Assembly (NCBI GenBank): GCA_031552145.1
Contig: JAVBMV010000003.1
Coordinates: 211,930-275,929, forward strand
Length of the DNA stretch: 64,000 nt
Direction of reading: 5' to 3'
From: Myxococcales bacterium
Lineage (GTDB): Bacteria; Myxococcota; Myxococcia; Myxococcales; UBA5297
Shown here: piece after piece, positions 36,788 through 47,334 of the stretch
How positions within the stretch are numbered: position 1 is the first letter of the stretch
How the letters are laid out: each line of letters opens with the position of its first letter
Translations under genes and position numbers: made by a program
The notes under the pieces: model-generated
The model's database searches: none
What the model was told of the DNA's origin: nothing
Seen by the model: the letters and a program-made list of their open reading frames with translations, nothing else

Positions 36788-37810
36788 CTACGTGCCTACC
36801 GCTCGAGCCACTTCGGCCTCGGCAGAGGATCCGCTTTGCCACGGTCCACTCAGCGCGATGAGCTCGGGAGGCAGGGGCGCCGAGAAGCGCATCCAACGCC
36901 CGTCCGCGGGATGCTCTACCTCGAGGAGCGAGGCGTGCAGCGCGTGGCGCTCGAGCCTGAGCGCCACCCTGTCCGCCTCGGTGAGCGCGCCGTTGATGAA
37001 GCGCAGGAAAACCTGCTCGTCTCGATAGAGCTTGTCGCCAATGATTGGATATCCAACATGTCCCAGGTGCGCCCGAATCTGGTGCTGGCGACCGGTCAGC
37101 GGCTCGCATTCGAGGAGGGCGGCGGGGGCGCCATCCGTGAGCTCGAAGCGGCGCAATACTGTGAAGCGCGTGACCGACTCTTTTCCGCGCTCCCGATCGA
37201 TCACCGCGCGAACGCGCACCACATCACCACCCACATAGAGTGGCGCGTCGACGACAAAGAGGTCGTCGCGGGGGGAACCCTCCACCAGCGCGAGGTAGCG
37301 CTTCTTCACGCGACCTTCGAAGAAGGCGAGGTTGAGCGCGCGCGTCGCCTCGGGGTGATTTCCGCAGATGACGATCCCGCTCGTCTCTCGATCGAGACGG
37401 TGCGCCGGATCGAGCTTCTCGCCGGGGAGACCGTGCTCGCGCACCAGCGAGACGAAGGTATCCTTCACATAGGTGCCCGAAGGGTGCATCGGCATGCCCG
37501 CCGGCTTATTGACCACGAAAATGTCGGTGTCGCGGTAGAGCACCGTGAGGTGGGTGGGTGTCTTGGGCTGCTCGGGGCGGAGGCGCGAGAAGGTGAGGCG
37601 CATCCCCTCCGCCAGGAAGGTGGAGGCCTTCGGCCGCCTCGGCAGCGGGCCGCTCTCCGTCGCCACCTCGATCCCCTTTTCGATCAGCTCCTGGGCGCGC
37701 GCCCGCGTCATTTGATGGATCTTGGCGCAGAGATAGCGGTCGAGCCGCCACCCTTCGTACTTGGACTCGACCACGAATCGGACAGTCTGTAGGCGCTCCC
37801 CTTCTTCCAT
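36788..37810 (-). CDS. RluA-family pseudouridine synthase (with S4-like N-terminus)
   Basis: Start at MEEGERLQTVRF. RLDRYLCAKI (S4), HRLDRETSGIVICG (catalytic Asp) and TGRQHQIRAHL. The 557-aa maximal ORF overlaps the opposite-strand FAH gene. Confidence 0.85.
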   Translation of the reverse strand: MEEGERLQTVRFVVESKYEGWRLDRYLCAKIHQMTRARAQELIEKGIEVATESGPLPRRPKASTFLAEGMRLTFSRLRPEQPKTPTHLTVLYRDTDIFVVNKPAGMPMHPSGTYVKDTFVSLVREHGLPGEKLDPAHRLDRETSGIVICGNHPEATRALNLAFFEGRVKKRYLALVEGSPRDDLFVVDAPLYVGGDVVRVRAVIDRERGKESVTRFTVLRRFELTDGAPAALLECEPLTGRQHQIRAHLGHVGYPIIGDKLYRDEQVFLRFINGALTEADRVALRLERHALHASLLEVEHPADGRWMRFSAPLPPELIALSGPWQSGSSAEAEVARAVGT

Positions 37811-37924
37811 GGCGCGGCAACGTATCGCAGCGCGCTCCGGTAGCACCAGCGCTGGCGCCTCCCCTGCCCTTCGGGTAAGAGCCTTCACTCGCCGCGATGG
37901 GCGGCCGTTTGCCGCAGGTGCGCG

Positions 37925-38719
37925 ATGAGAGTTTGCAGATTCGAGACGAACGAAGGACGCCAGGCCCATGGCCTCATCGAAGGGGACGAGGTCGCTGCGC
38001 TCGAGGAAATGCCCTTCGCGGCGCCGGGCATACCGCGCCCGCTCCATGAGCGGCTGCCGCTCTCGCAGGTGCGCCTCCTCGCTCCGGCGCTCCCCTCCAA
38101 GATCGTGGGCGTGGGGCTCAACTACCGCGCGCACGCCGAAGAGATGCGCAAGCCGCTCCCGGCGCAGCCACTGATCTTCCTGAAACCGCCGAGCGCCCTC
38201 CTCGATCCGGAGCGCGCGATCGCGCTGCCTCCCGAGAGCGGCGAGGTGCACTTCGAGTCGGAGCTGGCCCTCGTCATCGGCCGAGAGACCCGGCGCGTCA
38301 CCCCGCGCGAGGCGCGCGCCTGCATCTTCGGCTACACCTGCTTCAACGACGTGACGGCACGCGACATCCAGCGCGCGGAAACCCAGTACACGCGCGCCAA
38401 GGGCTTCGACACCTTCGCGCCCTTCGGCCCCTGGATCGAGACAGAGCTCGACCCCACCCATCTCTCGATCGAGGGGCGACTCGACGGCACCGTGCGGCAG
38501 CGCGGAAATACCAGCGACATGATCTTCGATGTCTTCGAGCTGGTCTCCTTCATCTCGCGTGGGATGACGCTGATGCCGGGCGATGTGATCACCACCGGGA
38601 CGCCGCCTGGCGTGGGACCGCTCGCGCCCGGAAATCTCTTCGAGGTCGAGGTCGAGGGGATAGGGTGTTTGCGGAACAGGGTGGAGCGCGAGGTGCTAAC
38701 CTCTCCTCGTCATGATTAG
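37925..38719 (+). CDS. Fumarylacetoacetate hydrolase (FAH) family protein
   Basis: 264 aa with KIVGVGLNYRAHAEE, HFESELALVIG, FGYTCFNDVTARD and PGDVITTGTPPGVG. Confidence 0.9.
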   Translation: MRVCRFETNEGRQAHGLIEGDEVAALEEMPFAAPGIPRPLHERLPLSQVRLLAPALPSKIVGVGLNYRAHAEEMRKPLPAQPLIFLKPPSALLDPERAIALPPESGEVHFESELALVIGRETRRVTPREARACIFGYTCFNDVTARDIQRAETQYTRAKGFDTFAPFGPWIETELDPTHLSIEGRLDGTVRQRGNTSDMIFDVFELVSFISRGMTLMPGDVITTGTPPGVGPLAPGNLFEVEVEGIGCLRNRVEREVLTSPRHD

Positions 38720-39743
38720 AGCCCTGCTTATCATCTGCGCCTCGCTCTTCCTCCTCGCCGCCGCCGCGGCGCTCGGCGCCTGGCTGTGGCTTCGCGCACA
38801 GCTCGACGCGCCGGGGCCGATGCCCACAGATGTCGACCCTGCCGGGCCCGTGCTCTTCAAGGTGGAGCGCGGCGCCACTGGAAAGGGCGTGGGAAACGCC
38901 CTGGCCAAGGAGGGGCTGCTGGAGCATCAGTTCGTGTGGCGCTACCTGCTCTGGAGCGAGGGCGGCCTCTCGGTGAAAGCGGGGCGCTTCGAGCTGGCGC
39001 GCGGGATGAGCCCCAGGGAGTTGCTGCGCGCGCTCTCCAACCCACCTCTGCCCGAGGATGAGCCCATCGCGCTCATCGAGGGGTGGCGCCTGCGCGACTC
39101 GGACGCGCTCCTCGCGCAGCAGGGTTGGTGCGCTCCCGGCGCCTACCTGGAGGCTGCGCTCAATCCGGGCCGCTTCAAGGCCAGCTTCCCGCTGCCCGCC
39201 GCCTCGCTCGAGGGATATCTCTACCCCGAGACCTACCGCATGGTGCGGGAGGGGTTCGAGATTCGGAACTTGATCCAGCGCCAGCTCGACACCTTCGGCA
39301 TGCGCTTCGCCCTGCCCTACGCCGAGGAGATCGCTCGGAGCGGCCGCACGCTGCACGAGCTGGTAACGATGGCCTCGATGCTGGAGCGCGAGGAGCCTAC
39401 CCCCGCCAACCGCCCGCTGGTGGCGGGCATCCTCTGGAAGAGGCTGGCGAAGGGAATGGCGCTGGGCGTCGATGCCACCAGCCGTTACGAGCTTGCCGAG
39501 TGGAACGACCGGCGCGCCTTCCTGGTTCAGCTGCGCGATCCCAAGTCGCTTTGGAACACGCGCCTGCGGAAGGGCCTGCCCCCGGGCCCCATCGGCGCCC
39601 CCGCGCTCGAGTCGCTCCTCGCCGCGCTGCGACCGATAGAGAGCGACTACTGGTTCTATCTGCACGACGCGACCGGCGCCCTCCACCCATCTCGCAACGG
39701 TCAGGAACACGAGGCCCTCCGCCGCATGCACAACGTCTATTAA
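38712..39743 (+). CDS. mltG: Endolytic murein transglycosylase MltG (YceG-like)
   Basis: 343 aa with an N-terminal TM. LVTMASMLEREEPTPANRPLVAGILWKRL, LPPGPIGAPALESLLAAL and YWFYLHD. Overlaps the FAH gene end by 8 nt. Confidence 0.9.
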   Translation: MIRALLIICASLFLLAAAAALGAWLWLRAQLDAPGPMPTDVDPAGPVLFKVERGATGKGVGNALAKEGLLEHQFVWRYLLWSEGGLSVKAGRFELARGMSPRELLRALSNPPLPEDEPIALIEGWRLRDSDALLAQQGWCAPGAYLEAALNPGRFKASFPLPAASLEGYLYPETYRMVREGFEIRNLIQRQLDTFGMRFALPYAEEIARSGRTLHELVTMASMLEREEPTPANRPLVAGILWKRLAKGMALGVDATSRYELAEWNDRRAFLVQLRDPKSLWNTRLRKGLPPGPIGAPALESLLAALRPIESDYWFYLHDATGALHPSRNGQEHEALRRMHNVY

Positions 39744-39749
39744 AAAACG

Positions 39750-39783
39750 CGCCCGCTCTCCGGGGCCGGCCGGGGAGCGGGCG
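39750..39783 (-). terminator. Rho-independent terminator, canonical for the minus strand (A-tract/U-tract on one side only)
   Basis: 14-bp stem CGCCCGCTCTCCGG (39750-39763) / CCGGGGAGCGGGCG (39770-39783), with one G-U pair and a 6-nt loop. Read on the minus strand it is followed by TTTTTTA (39741-39747). Confidence 0.5.
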
Positions 39784-40178
39784 TCGAGAGTCCACCGATT
39801 GGGCTCTCTACCATCCAATATTTGGCGCCGGGCGCCCCGTCGGGGCTGGAGGAGGCGCTCGGCTTTGCTGTCTCTCGTCGGCGCCCCTTCGTCTCACCGT
39901 GGCTGGCGTCGATGTCGTGACGCAGGAACCTATTGCAACACGAATGCCAATTGCTTCGAGAAACCAGCTCTGGATCGATTTGCCCTGTTTTCAATGAGTT
40001 ACGCGTCTGCACCCCCGCCCGGAGCGAAGCGCATGAATCTCGACCATGACAACAATGTCGTGCCGAAAGGAGTTGCCGGGGGGCGAAGAACCCGCCTGAG
40101 AGCGGAGGGGGGCGAAGAGGCACGCCTGACACCGATGTCGCGCGCTATGACACGTTTGCCATAGGCGCGCCGCACCGC

Positions 40179-41093
40179 TCAGAGAACCGAGCGAAGCGTC
40201 TCGCGCATGCTCCACCGGGGCGAAAAACCCCAGGCTTTCGCCCGCGAGCCATCGGCCGCGCAAAGGAAGCGCAAGTGGTCCAGCTCCTCGGGAGGAATGG
40301 GCGAGAGCCTCAGGTCGTAGAGCCGCTTCAACATCGGGCGCGCCACCAGGTGCGGGAGCGTCAGCGGGCGGCGCTCCAGTTCGCGCAGCGCGGCGGAGAG
40401 CGGGATCTCCCCGGGGCCCACGACGTTGTAGATGCCCCGGACACCTCGCGCCAGCGCGCCCCGGATCGCCTGACAGACATCCTCCGCGTGGATGAGCTGG
40501 ACGAGCGGATCGAAGCCCGCGAGCAGCCAGGGGCGCTCCATCCGCAGCCAGGTGCAGACCGCGTTGCGGATGGTGGGCCCCACGATGTGCACGGGGCGGA
40601 GAATCACCGTCTCTATTGCTGGGTATTTATAAAAGAAGGACTGCGCCAACATATCGGCGGCGACCAGATCGCGGATGGCCGGAAAGGCGGCGGCGCCCGC
40701 CAACGGCGCATCCTCCGTGAGGAAGTTGGAGTTGCCCGGCGAGGGGCCATAGACGGCTACACTCGAGAGGAGCACCACCTTGGCGACGCCGTGGCGCGCG
40801 CAGTAGTCGAAGAGCCGGCTGGTGCCCTCGACGCTGAAGGCGCGGTGCGCGCCGTCGCCCACCCGGGGATCGCGCGTCATCCCGATGTGGATGAGCGCAT
40901 CGAAGCGGCGCGAGCGGAAGAGCTCCTCGCACTTGGACTGGCGCAGGTCGAAGGGAAAGAGCTCGACATCCTTCGGCCGCTCGGGGAAGGGGCGGCGATC
41001 GATCCCCGCCAGCGCGTGCGTTAGGTGCAGGTGGCGCGCGAGGGCGCGCCCCAGATTCCCCGAGATTCCGGTAATTGCCACCGCCTGCGCCAT
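40179..41093 (-). CDS. NAD-dependent epimerase/dehydratase (SDR family)
   Basis: 304 aa. N-terminal ITGISGNLG Rossmann motif and a LSSVAVYG...Y-x3-K-type core. Confidence 0.8.
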   Translation of the reverse strand: MAQAVAITGISGNLGRALARHLHLTHALAGIDRRPFPERPKDVELFPFDLRQSKCEELFRSRRFDALIHIGMTRDPRVGDGAHRAFSVEGTSRLFDYCARHGVAKVVLLSSVAVYGPSPGNSNFLTEDAPLAGAAAFPAIRDLVAADMLAQSFFYKYPAIETVILRPVHIVGPTIRNAVCTWLRMERPWLLAGFDPLVQLIHAEDVCQAIRGALARGVRGIYNVVGPGEIPLSAALRELERRPLTLPHLVARPMLKRLYDLRLSPIPPEELDHLRFLCAADGSRAKAWGFSPRWSMRETLRSVL

Positions 41094-41124
41094 GGCACGG
41101 TTCTATGCCCGCCTTCGGCGAGCG

Positions 41125-42495
41125 TCAAACGAGCGGAGCGGCCTCATGTCCCACGGCGCTCGCCGCGCCCGCCCCTCCAACTCCACCGGAGCGCCCCGAG
41201 GGGGCGCCCTGTGTGGCCGCGGCCTCGATGGCGCGCTCCAGCTCGTCGGCCGTCATCGATTTGGGGCGCACGATGGGCGAGCCCATGGCGCGGTGGAGCA
41301 CGTGCTGCGCGCAGATCCCCATCGCGCGGCTGATACTGAAGAGCACCGTGTAGAAGGAGGCCTCCACCAACCCATAGTTATAGAGAAGCGCACCGCTGGC
41401 CGCGTCGACGTTGGGCCAGGGATCTTTGATCTTGTGGACGCGCTTGAGCAGATCGGGCACCACCGCGAAGATGCGCGCCATTGTCTGGTAGGTGGGCGCC
41501 TCGGGACAGTGCTTGGCACCGAAGGCGTGAAGGGCGAGGAAGCGCGGATCGACCACGCGCAGCACCGCATGTCCGTAGCCCGGCACGACCCGTCCAGCGT
41601 CGAGTGTCGCCTGCGCATGCTCGAGGAGCTGCTGCTCGGAGGGGACGCCGCCAAAGTGGCGCATGGTGTCGAGGATCCAGGCGAGGCACTCCTGATTGGC
41701 CAATCCGTGCAGCGGCCCGGCCAGGCCATTGAGGCCACCCGAGAGCGAGTAGTAGAGGTCGGAGAGTGCCGAGCCAATCGTATGGGCGCTGTAGGCGCTG
41801 ACGTTGCCCCCCTCGTGATCGCAGTGAAGCGTGAAGTAGAGGCGCATCAGCTTGGTCAATTCGCCCTGCGGATCTGGAAGCCCCGTCATGCGCGCGAAGG
41901 AGGCGCCCCAATCGAGGGAACGATCGATCAGGATCGGCGAGCCCTTGTCGAAACGGCGGCGATAGATAAAGGCGCCCAGCTCGGGCAGGCGCGCGAGAAG
42001 GTTACTCGCGTCCTCGAAGGCTGCCTCCCAATACTCTTCCTTCGGCATGTGCGCGTCGTAACGGGCGCGGAAGACCGACTCGCGCTCCATCACCAGGACC
42101 CCGGTGTTGAACATCGCCATCGGGTGGGAGTCGCGCGGCATCGCGCCGATGACGTCGAAGACGTAGCGCGGCAGCTTGGCGCGCGCGGCCCAGTCGATCC
42201 GCAGATCGATCAGCTCCTCCGCCGTGGGGAGCGCCCCACAGATGAGCAGGTGCCACAACTCCTCCGGCAGCCGCTCGGTGAGCTGTGCGATAGGGATCCC
42301 GCGCACGAGGAGCCCGGCGTCGGGCGGCACCGACGAGGTGTCGGTGATGAGCCCCTTCACCCCACGCAGCCCTCCGTAGAGCTGCTCGACGGTCACCTCG
42401 CCCAGCTTGACGCGGCCATGCTCACCGACGATGCGTCGGTAGCGCTCTCTAATCTGCGGAACCTGTGCGGCCAGCCTCTCCTTGAGCAAGCTCAT
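41125..42495 (-). CDS. gltA: Citrate synthase (eukaryote/mitochondrial-like type)
   Basis: Start at MSLLKERL (RBS GGGAGGG). LRGVKGLITDTS, HCDHEGGNVSA, GPLHGLANQE, VVPGYGHAVLR and PNVDAASG. Confidence 0.9.
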   Translation of the reverse strand: MSLLKERLAAQVPQIRERYRRIVGEHGRVKLGEVTVEQLYGGLRGVKGLITDTSSVPPDAGLLVRGIPIAQLTERLPEELWHLLICGALPTAEELIDLRIDWAARAKLPRYVFDVIGAMPRDSHPMAMFNTGVLVMERESVFRARYDAHMPKEEYWEAAFEDASNLLARLPELGAFIYRRRFDKGSPILIDRSLDWGASFARMTGLPDPQGELTKLMRLYFTLHCDHEGGNVSAYSAHTIGSALSDLYYSLSGGLNGLAGPLHGLANQECLAWILDTMRHFGGVPSEQQLLEHAQATLDAGRVVPGYGHAVLRVVDPRFLALHAFGAKHCPEAPTYQTMARIFAVVPDLLKRVHKIKDPWPNVDAASGALLYNYGLVEASFYTVLFSISRAMGICAQHVLHRAMGSPIVRPKSMTADELERAIEAAATQGAPSGRSGGVGGAGAASAVGHEAAPLV

Positions 42496-42609
42496 TGAAC
42501 CCTCCCGCGCGAACAGCGCGCAAGGAGGGCAAATAGCGGCCGGGCGGCGAGCCCGCGGAGCAGAGCGCGCGCGGCGGCGCACTCTATCGTGCCGCGAACA
42601 GTTGGCGGC

Positions 42610-43971
<1,362 letters not shown>

Positions 43972-44047
43972 CTACGATGCCCCAGCAGACCGAATCGGAT
44001 CAACGCCGAATAGCGGCTGGTTCGGCGCCCGCGCTATCTCTATCGCT

Positions 44048-44371
44048 CTAGGTCCGCGGTCTGCGCTTGGCGCTGGGCCTCTTGCGCGGAGAGGAGGAGG
44101 TCGTTCTGCGCGCCCTGCCCTTCGAGGTCGAGGCCCTGCCGAGGGAGGCGCCGCGCTTTCCCGCGCCCCGCTTCGCGCCGCGATGGGCACCCTTCTTGGG
44201 CCGTGCGCCCGCCGCCTTCGGCGCGCGAGGCGACCGTGCCGCCCTCGCGGGGGGGTGTTCTCGCCGCTCAATGCACCGCTCGCAGAGCCTGAAGTCGAGG
44301 TAGTGGAGCAGAGGGAGCGCCTCCGCGCTCTTTCCACAATCTCTGCAGACGGCGGGCAACAGGCGAATCAC
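44048..44371 (-). CDS. Small zinc-ribbon protein with highly basic tail (hypothetical)
   Basis: 107 aa with a GTG start and GGGGGA 4 nt upstream. CRDCG...CERC (Cys4), then a Lys/Arg/Ser/Pro-rich tail. Third-position G/C is high, as in neighbouring genes. No homology recognised. Confidence 0.4.
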   Translation of the reverse strand: MIRLLPAVCRDCGKSAEALPLLHYLDFRLCERCIERREHPPARAARSPRAPKAAGARPKKGAHRGAKRGAGKRGASLGRASTSKGRARRTTSSSPRKRPSAKRRPRT

Positions 44372-44557
44372 CGTGTCCCCCTTTCTTCAGCCGAGGAAGA
44401 ACGTAGCCAGCGGCGCGCTTAATCCTGAAGTCCCAAAGGCGATAGTCCCCTGCCCAAGGGAGCCCCGCTCCCATCGGGGGCGCAACCCCCGGGCGACGGT
44501 CCGCATCGAAGCGCCTCGTGCCACCGAAAGCCGGGCCGCGCGAGGACAGGAGATGCC

Positions 44558-45292
44558 TTGGTCGTACCGAAGCCAGCGCCCAGAGTCGCCGCAGCGGCGC
44601 CATCCCTCCAACTGGAGGAGGTGGGGCGCAGGTTCGGCTCGCGCTGGGCGCTGCGCGCGGTGACGCTCCACATCGAGCCCGGCGCGCGCCTCTTGGTAGA
44701 GGGCGCGAACGGCTCGGGCAAGAGTACGCTGCTGCGCATCATTTCGGGCGCGCTGGCGGCGAGCAGCGGCGCGATCGCCCTCGGCGCGGAGCGCGCTGCG
44801 GAGAGCGCTGCCCAGCGCGCGCGGCGCAGGGCGCTCTGCGCGCTGCTGCCCCAGTCGGGAGGGTATCTCGCGAGCTTTACCGCGCTGGAGAACCTGGCGC
44901 TCTCCGCGCGTTTTCTTGGGGAGCCCTGCTCTCCCCGCGCGCTGCTCCCATTGCTCGAGCGAGCGGGGCTCGCGCCCTTCGCCAGCGCGCCGATCCATAC
45001 CTTCTCGAGCGGCATGCGCAAGCGGCTGGCGCTGGCTCAACTGTGGCTGCGGCGCCCTGCGGTGGCGCTCCTGGACGAGCCCGACGACGCGCTCGATCGC
45101 GCCGGCCTCGCGCTGCTGGCTGAGTCGCTGGAGGAGCTCGCGCGGGCGGGCGCCACCGTGCTCGTCACCTCGCACCGCGGGGAGTGGGCGCGCCGTTGGT
45201 GCGGCCGCGCGCTCTCGCTCTCCAACGGTCGGATCGTTTCGGCGCGTTCGTGCGGAAGCGCGCGGGACGACTCCAGCGCGGGGGGGTGCTGA
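44558..45292 (+). CDS. ccmA: Heme exporter ATP-binding protein CcmA
   Basis: Walker A GANGSGKST, signature FSSGMRKRLALAQL and Walker B ALLDEP. TTG start (no in-frame ATG upstream of the first strand). Its stop overlaps the ccmB ATG. Confidence 0.85.
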   Translation: MVVPKPAPRVAAAAPSLQLEEVGRRFGSRWALRAVTLHIEPGARLLVEGANGSGKSTLLRIISGALAASSGAIALGAERAAESAAQRARRRALCALLPQSGGYLASFTALENLALSARFLGEPCSPRALLPLLERAGLAPFASAPIHTFSSGMRKRLALAQLWLRRPAVALLDEPDDALDRAGLALLAESLEELARAGATVLVTSHRGEWARRWCGRALSLSNGRIVSARSCGSARDDSSAGGC

Positions 45293-45957
45293 TGCTCGCC
45301 GCCTCGCTCAGCAAGGATCTGCTGCTCCTCTGGCGCGCCCGCGCGCAGAGCGCCTCGACGTATGCCTTCGCTTGTACCCTTCTCTTGGCGCTCAGTCTCG
45401 CGGCGGGGCCCGACGCGACGGCGCTGAGGCAGTCGGCGGCCGGCTTTCTCTGGGCCTCTGTCCTTTTCACCTCAAACCTCCTGCTCGCCTCGACCTTTCG
45501 CGACGAGCTGGAGAGCGGCGCGCTCGAGGCGATACTGCAGCTCGGCGCCGCGCCGCGCGCCCTCTTCTTCTCTAAGGCGATCGCCAACGCGCTGCTCGTC
45601 GCGCTGGTGGGGCTGGCGCTGCTCCCCGCGCTCGCCGCGCTCTTCGACGCGACCACGGCGCGCCCGCTGGCGCTCATGGGGCTGGTCCTTCTGAGCGCCG
45701 CCGCCATCTCGGCGCCCGGCACTCTCTTCGCGGCCATCGCCGCCAAGGCGCGCGCCGAGAGCTCGCTGCTCTTGCCGCTGTTGCTCCTGCCGCTGCTCAC
45801 CCCCGTACTGCTCGCCTCGGTACAGGCGACGAGGCTGCTCCTCTTCGGCGATCCGATGGGGCAGCTCATGCCTTGGATGCTGCTGCTCGCCGCCTTCGCT
45901 GCCCTCTTTTGGCCCATCTCTGGACTGCTCTTCGGGGCGGTCCTGGAGGAATCATGA
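45292..45957 (+). CDS. ccmB: Heme exporter membrane protein CcmB
   Basis: Start at MLAASLSKDLLLLWRARAQ. Six hydrophobic segments. TGATG overlap with ccmA and ATGA overlap with ccmC. Confidence 0.85.
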   Translation: MLAASLSKDLLLLWRARAQSASTYAFACTLLLALSLAAGPDATALRQSAAGFLWASVLFTSNLLLASTFRDELESGALEAILQLGAAPRALFFSKAIANALLVALVGLALLPALAALFDATTARPLALMGLVLLSAAAISAPGTLFAAIAAKARAESSLLLPLLLLPLLTPVLLASVQATRLLLFGDPMGQLMPWMLLLAAFAALFWPISGLLFGAVLEES

Positions 45958-46700
45958 CGCACCTCGCGGAACGCGCCCTCCCCGGCACGCGCCTCTTCAA
46001 GGCAGGACTCCTGCTGCTCTCACTCGCGGTGCCGCTGCTCGCCTGCGGCACTTGGCTGGGCCTGCTCCACGCGCCTCCTGATCGCTACATGGGCGAAGTG
46101 CAGCGCATCATGTATGTCCACGTACCCACGGCCTGGGTCGCGATGCTGATGCTCACCGCCGCCTTCGCCTTTGCGTTGACGTGGCTCTTCTCGCGCCGCC
46201 CGCTCGCCGACGCGCTGCACGAGGCGAGCGTCGAGCTAGGGGTGCTCCTCTCCTTTCTGCTCTGTCTCCAGGGCGCCATCTGGGCCAAGCCTACCTGGGG
46301 CGTCTACTGGGACTGGGATCCACGCCTGACGACCGTGGCGGTGATGCTCTTCGCCTTCATCGGCGTCCTCTCGCTCCGCTCGCTCGTCGACGACCCTCGC
46401 AGGCGCGCCACCTGGTCGGCCGCGGCGACCATCATCGCCTTCGCCGATCTACCCATCGTCTATTTTTCGGTGCGCTGGTGGAACTCGCTGCACCAAGTGC
46501 AGTCGAGCCCCGAGACGGTCGACGCGGCGATGCTGCTGCCTTTGCGGCTCAACGCCCTGGGCCTCGCGCTGCTCGCTGCCTCCCTGCTCCTCCTGCGCGC
46601 CCGGCTCGGGCTCTTGAGGAACGCGCGCGCGCTGCTCTCGGGGGAAGAGGAACAGGGCGAGATGCTCGGCGAGATGCAGGCCGCGGGAGGTGAGCGATGA
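45954..46700 (+). CDS. ccmC: Heme exporter/heme-handling protein CcmC
   Basis: Start at MTHLAERAL. WWD motif WGVYWDWDPRLT and the YVHVPTAW histidine. Confidence 0.9.
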   Translation: MTHLAERALPGTRLFKAGLLLLSLAVPLLACGTWLGLLHAPPDRYMGEVQRIMYVHVPTAWVAMLMLTAAFAFALTWLFSRRPLADALHEASVELGVLLSFLLCLQGAIWAKPTWGVYWDWDPRLTTVAVMLFAFIGVLSLRSLVDDPRRRATWSAAATIIAFADLPIVYFSVRWWNSLHQVQSSPETVDAAMLLPLRLNALGLALLAASLLLLRARLGLLRNARALLSGEEEQGEMLGEMQAAGGER

Positions 46701-46864
46701 ACGGCGTAATCGAAGGCGGTTGGGGATATGTCGCCGCGGCCTATGGGACCACGGCCGGCGCGCTGATGCTCTACGGCGCTTGGCTCTATGTCCGGGCGCG
46801 CGCCGCCCGCCGCGCGCTCGCCGCGGAGTTGAAGCGAACGACGGCCTCCGGGAGCGCGCCATGA
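46697..46864 (+). CDS. ccmD: Heme exporter protein CcmD (55 aa)
   Basis: Below the ORF-track size cutoff. My translation is MNGVIEGGWGYVAAAYGTTAGALMLYGAWLYVRARAARRALAAELKRTTASGSAP: a single TM then a basic stretch, as in CcmD. ATGA overlaps with both ccmC and ccmE. Confidence 0.7.
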   Translation: MNGVIEGGWGYVAAAYGTTAGALMLYGAWLYVRARAARRALAAELKRTTASGSAP

Positions 46865-47334
46865 CCTCGAAGCTGACCTGGCTCGTCGCTGCCCTCTCTC
46901 TCGCGCTCGCGGGCGGCGCGCTCGCCCTCGTTGCGCTGGGGGGGTTGGGCGAAAACCTCATCTATTATTGGAGCCCAAAGGAATTACTGGAGGCGGGCGA
47001 CCGCGCGCTGGGCGCCTCCATCCGCCTGGGCGGACAGGTCGCCGTGGGCACCGTCCATCAGGAGCCCGGCGGCGAGGCGCTCACCTTCACTGTCACCGAC
47101 GGCGCCCACTCGGTTCCGGTGCGCGCCGTGGGCATCCCTCCCCAGATGTTCCGCGAGGGAATCGGCGTGGTGGTCGAGGGGACCTTCACAAGAAAAGGAC
47201 TCTTCGAGGGACGACGCCTCATGGTCTCGCACGGCAACGAGTACCGCGCGCCAACGAGCGGTGAAGTGCCCGATGTCAAGGCGCTGATGCGCTCGATGGA
47301 GCAAGGCGCGCCGGGCACCGAGGCGACACCATGA
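46861..47334 (+). CDS. ccmE: Cytochrome c-type biogenesis heme chaperone CcmE
   Basis: Start at MTSKLTWLVAALSLALAGG (TM anchor). IRLGGQV, VVVEGTF and the heme-binding His context MVSHGNEY. Confidence 0.85.
   Translation: MTSKLTWLVAALSLALAGGALALVALGGLGENLIYYWSPKELLEAGDRALGASIRLGGQVAVGTVHQEPGGEALTFTVTDGAHSVPVRAVGIPPQMFREGIGVVVEGTFTRKGLFEGRRLMVSHGNEYRAPTSGEVPDVKALMRSMEQGAPGTEATP

Noticed and set aside
37811-38461. N-terminal 216-aa extension of the rluA-family ORF
   Set aside because: The extension overlaps the well-supported FAH gene on the opposite strand and has no homology-like features. The S4/RluA domains begin at MEEGERL (37810).
39799-40164. 121-aa plus-strand ORF and 130-aa minus-strand ORF in the mltG-epimerase spacer
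   Set aside because: Both are Arg/Gly/Pro-rich or otherwise non-protein-like, and neither has an RBS. The region is treated as non-coding (see the finding on a possible sRNA or 3' UTR).
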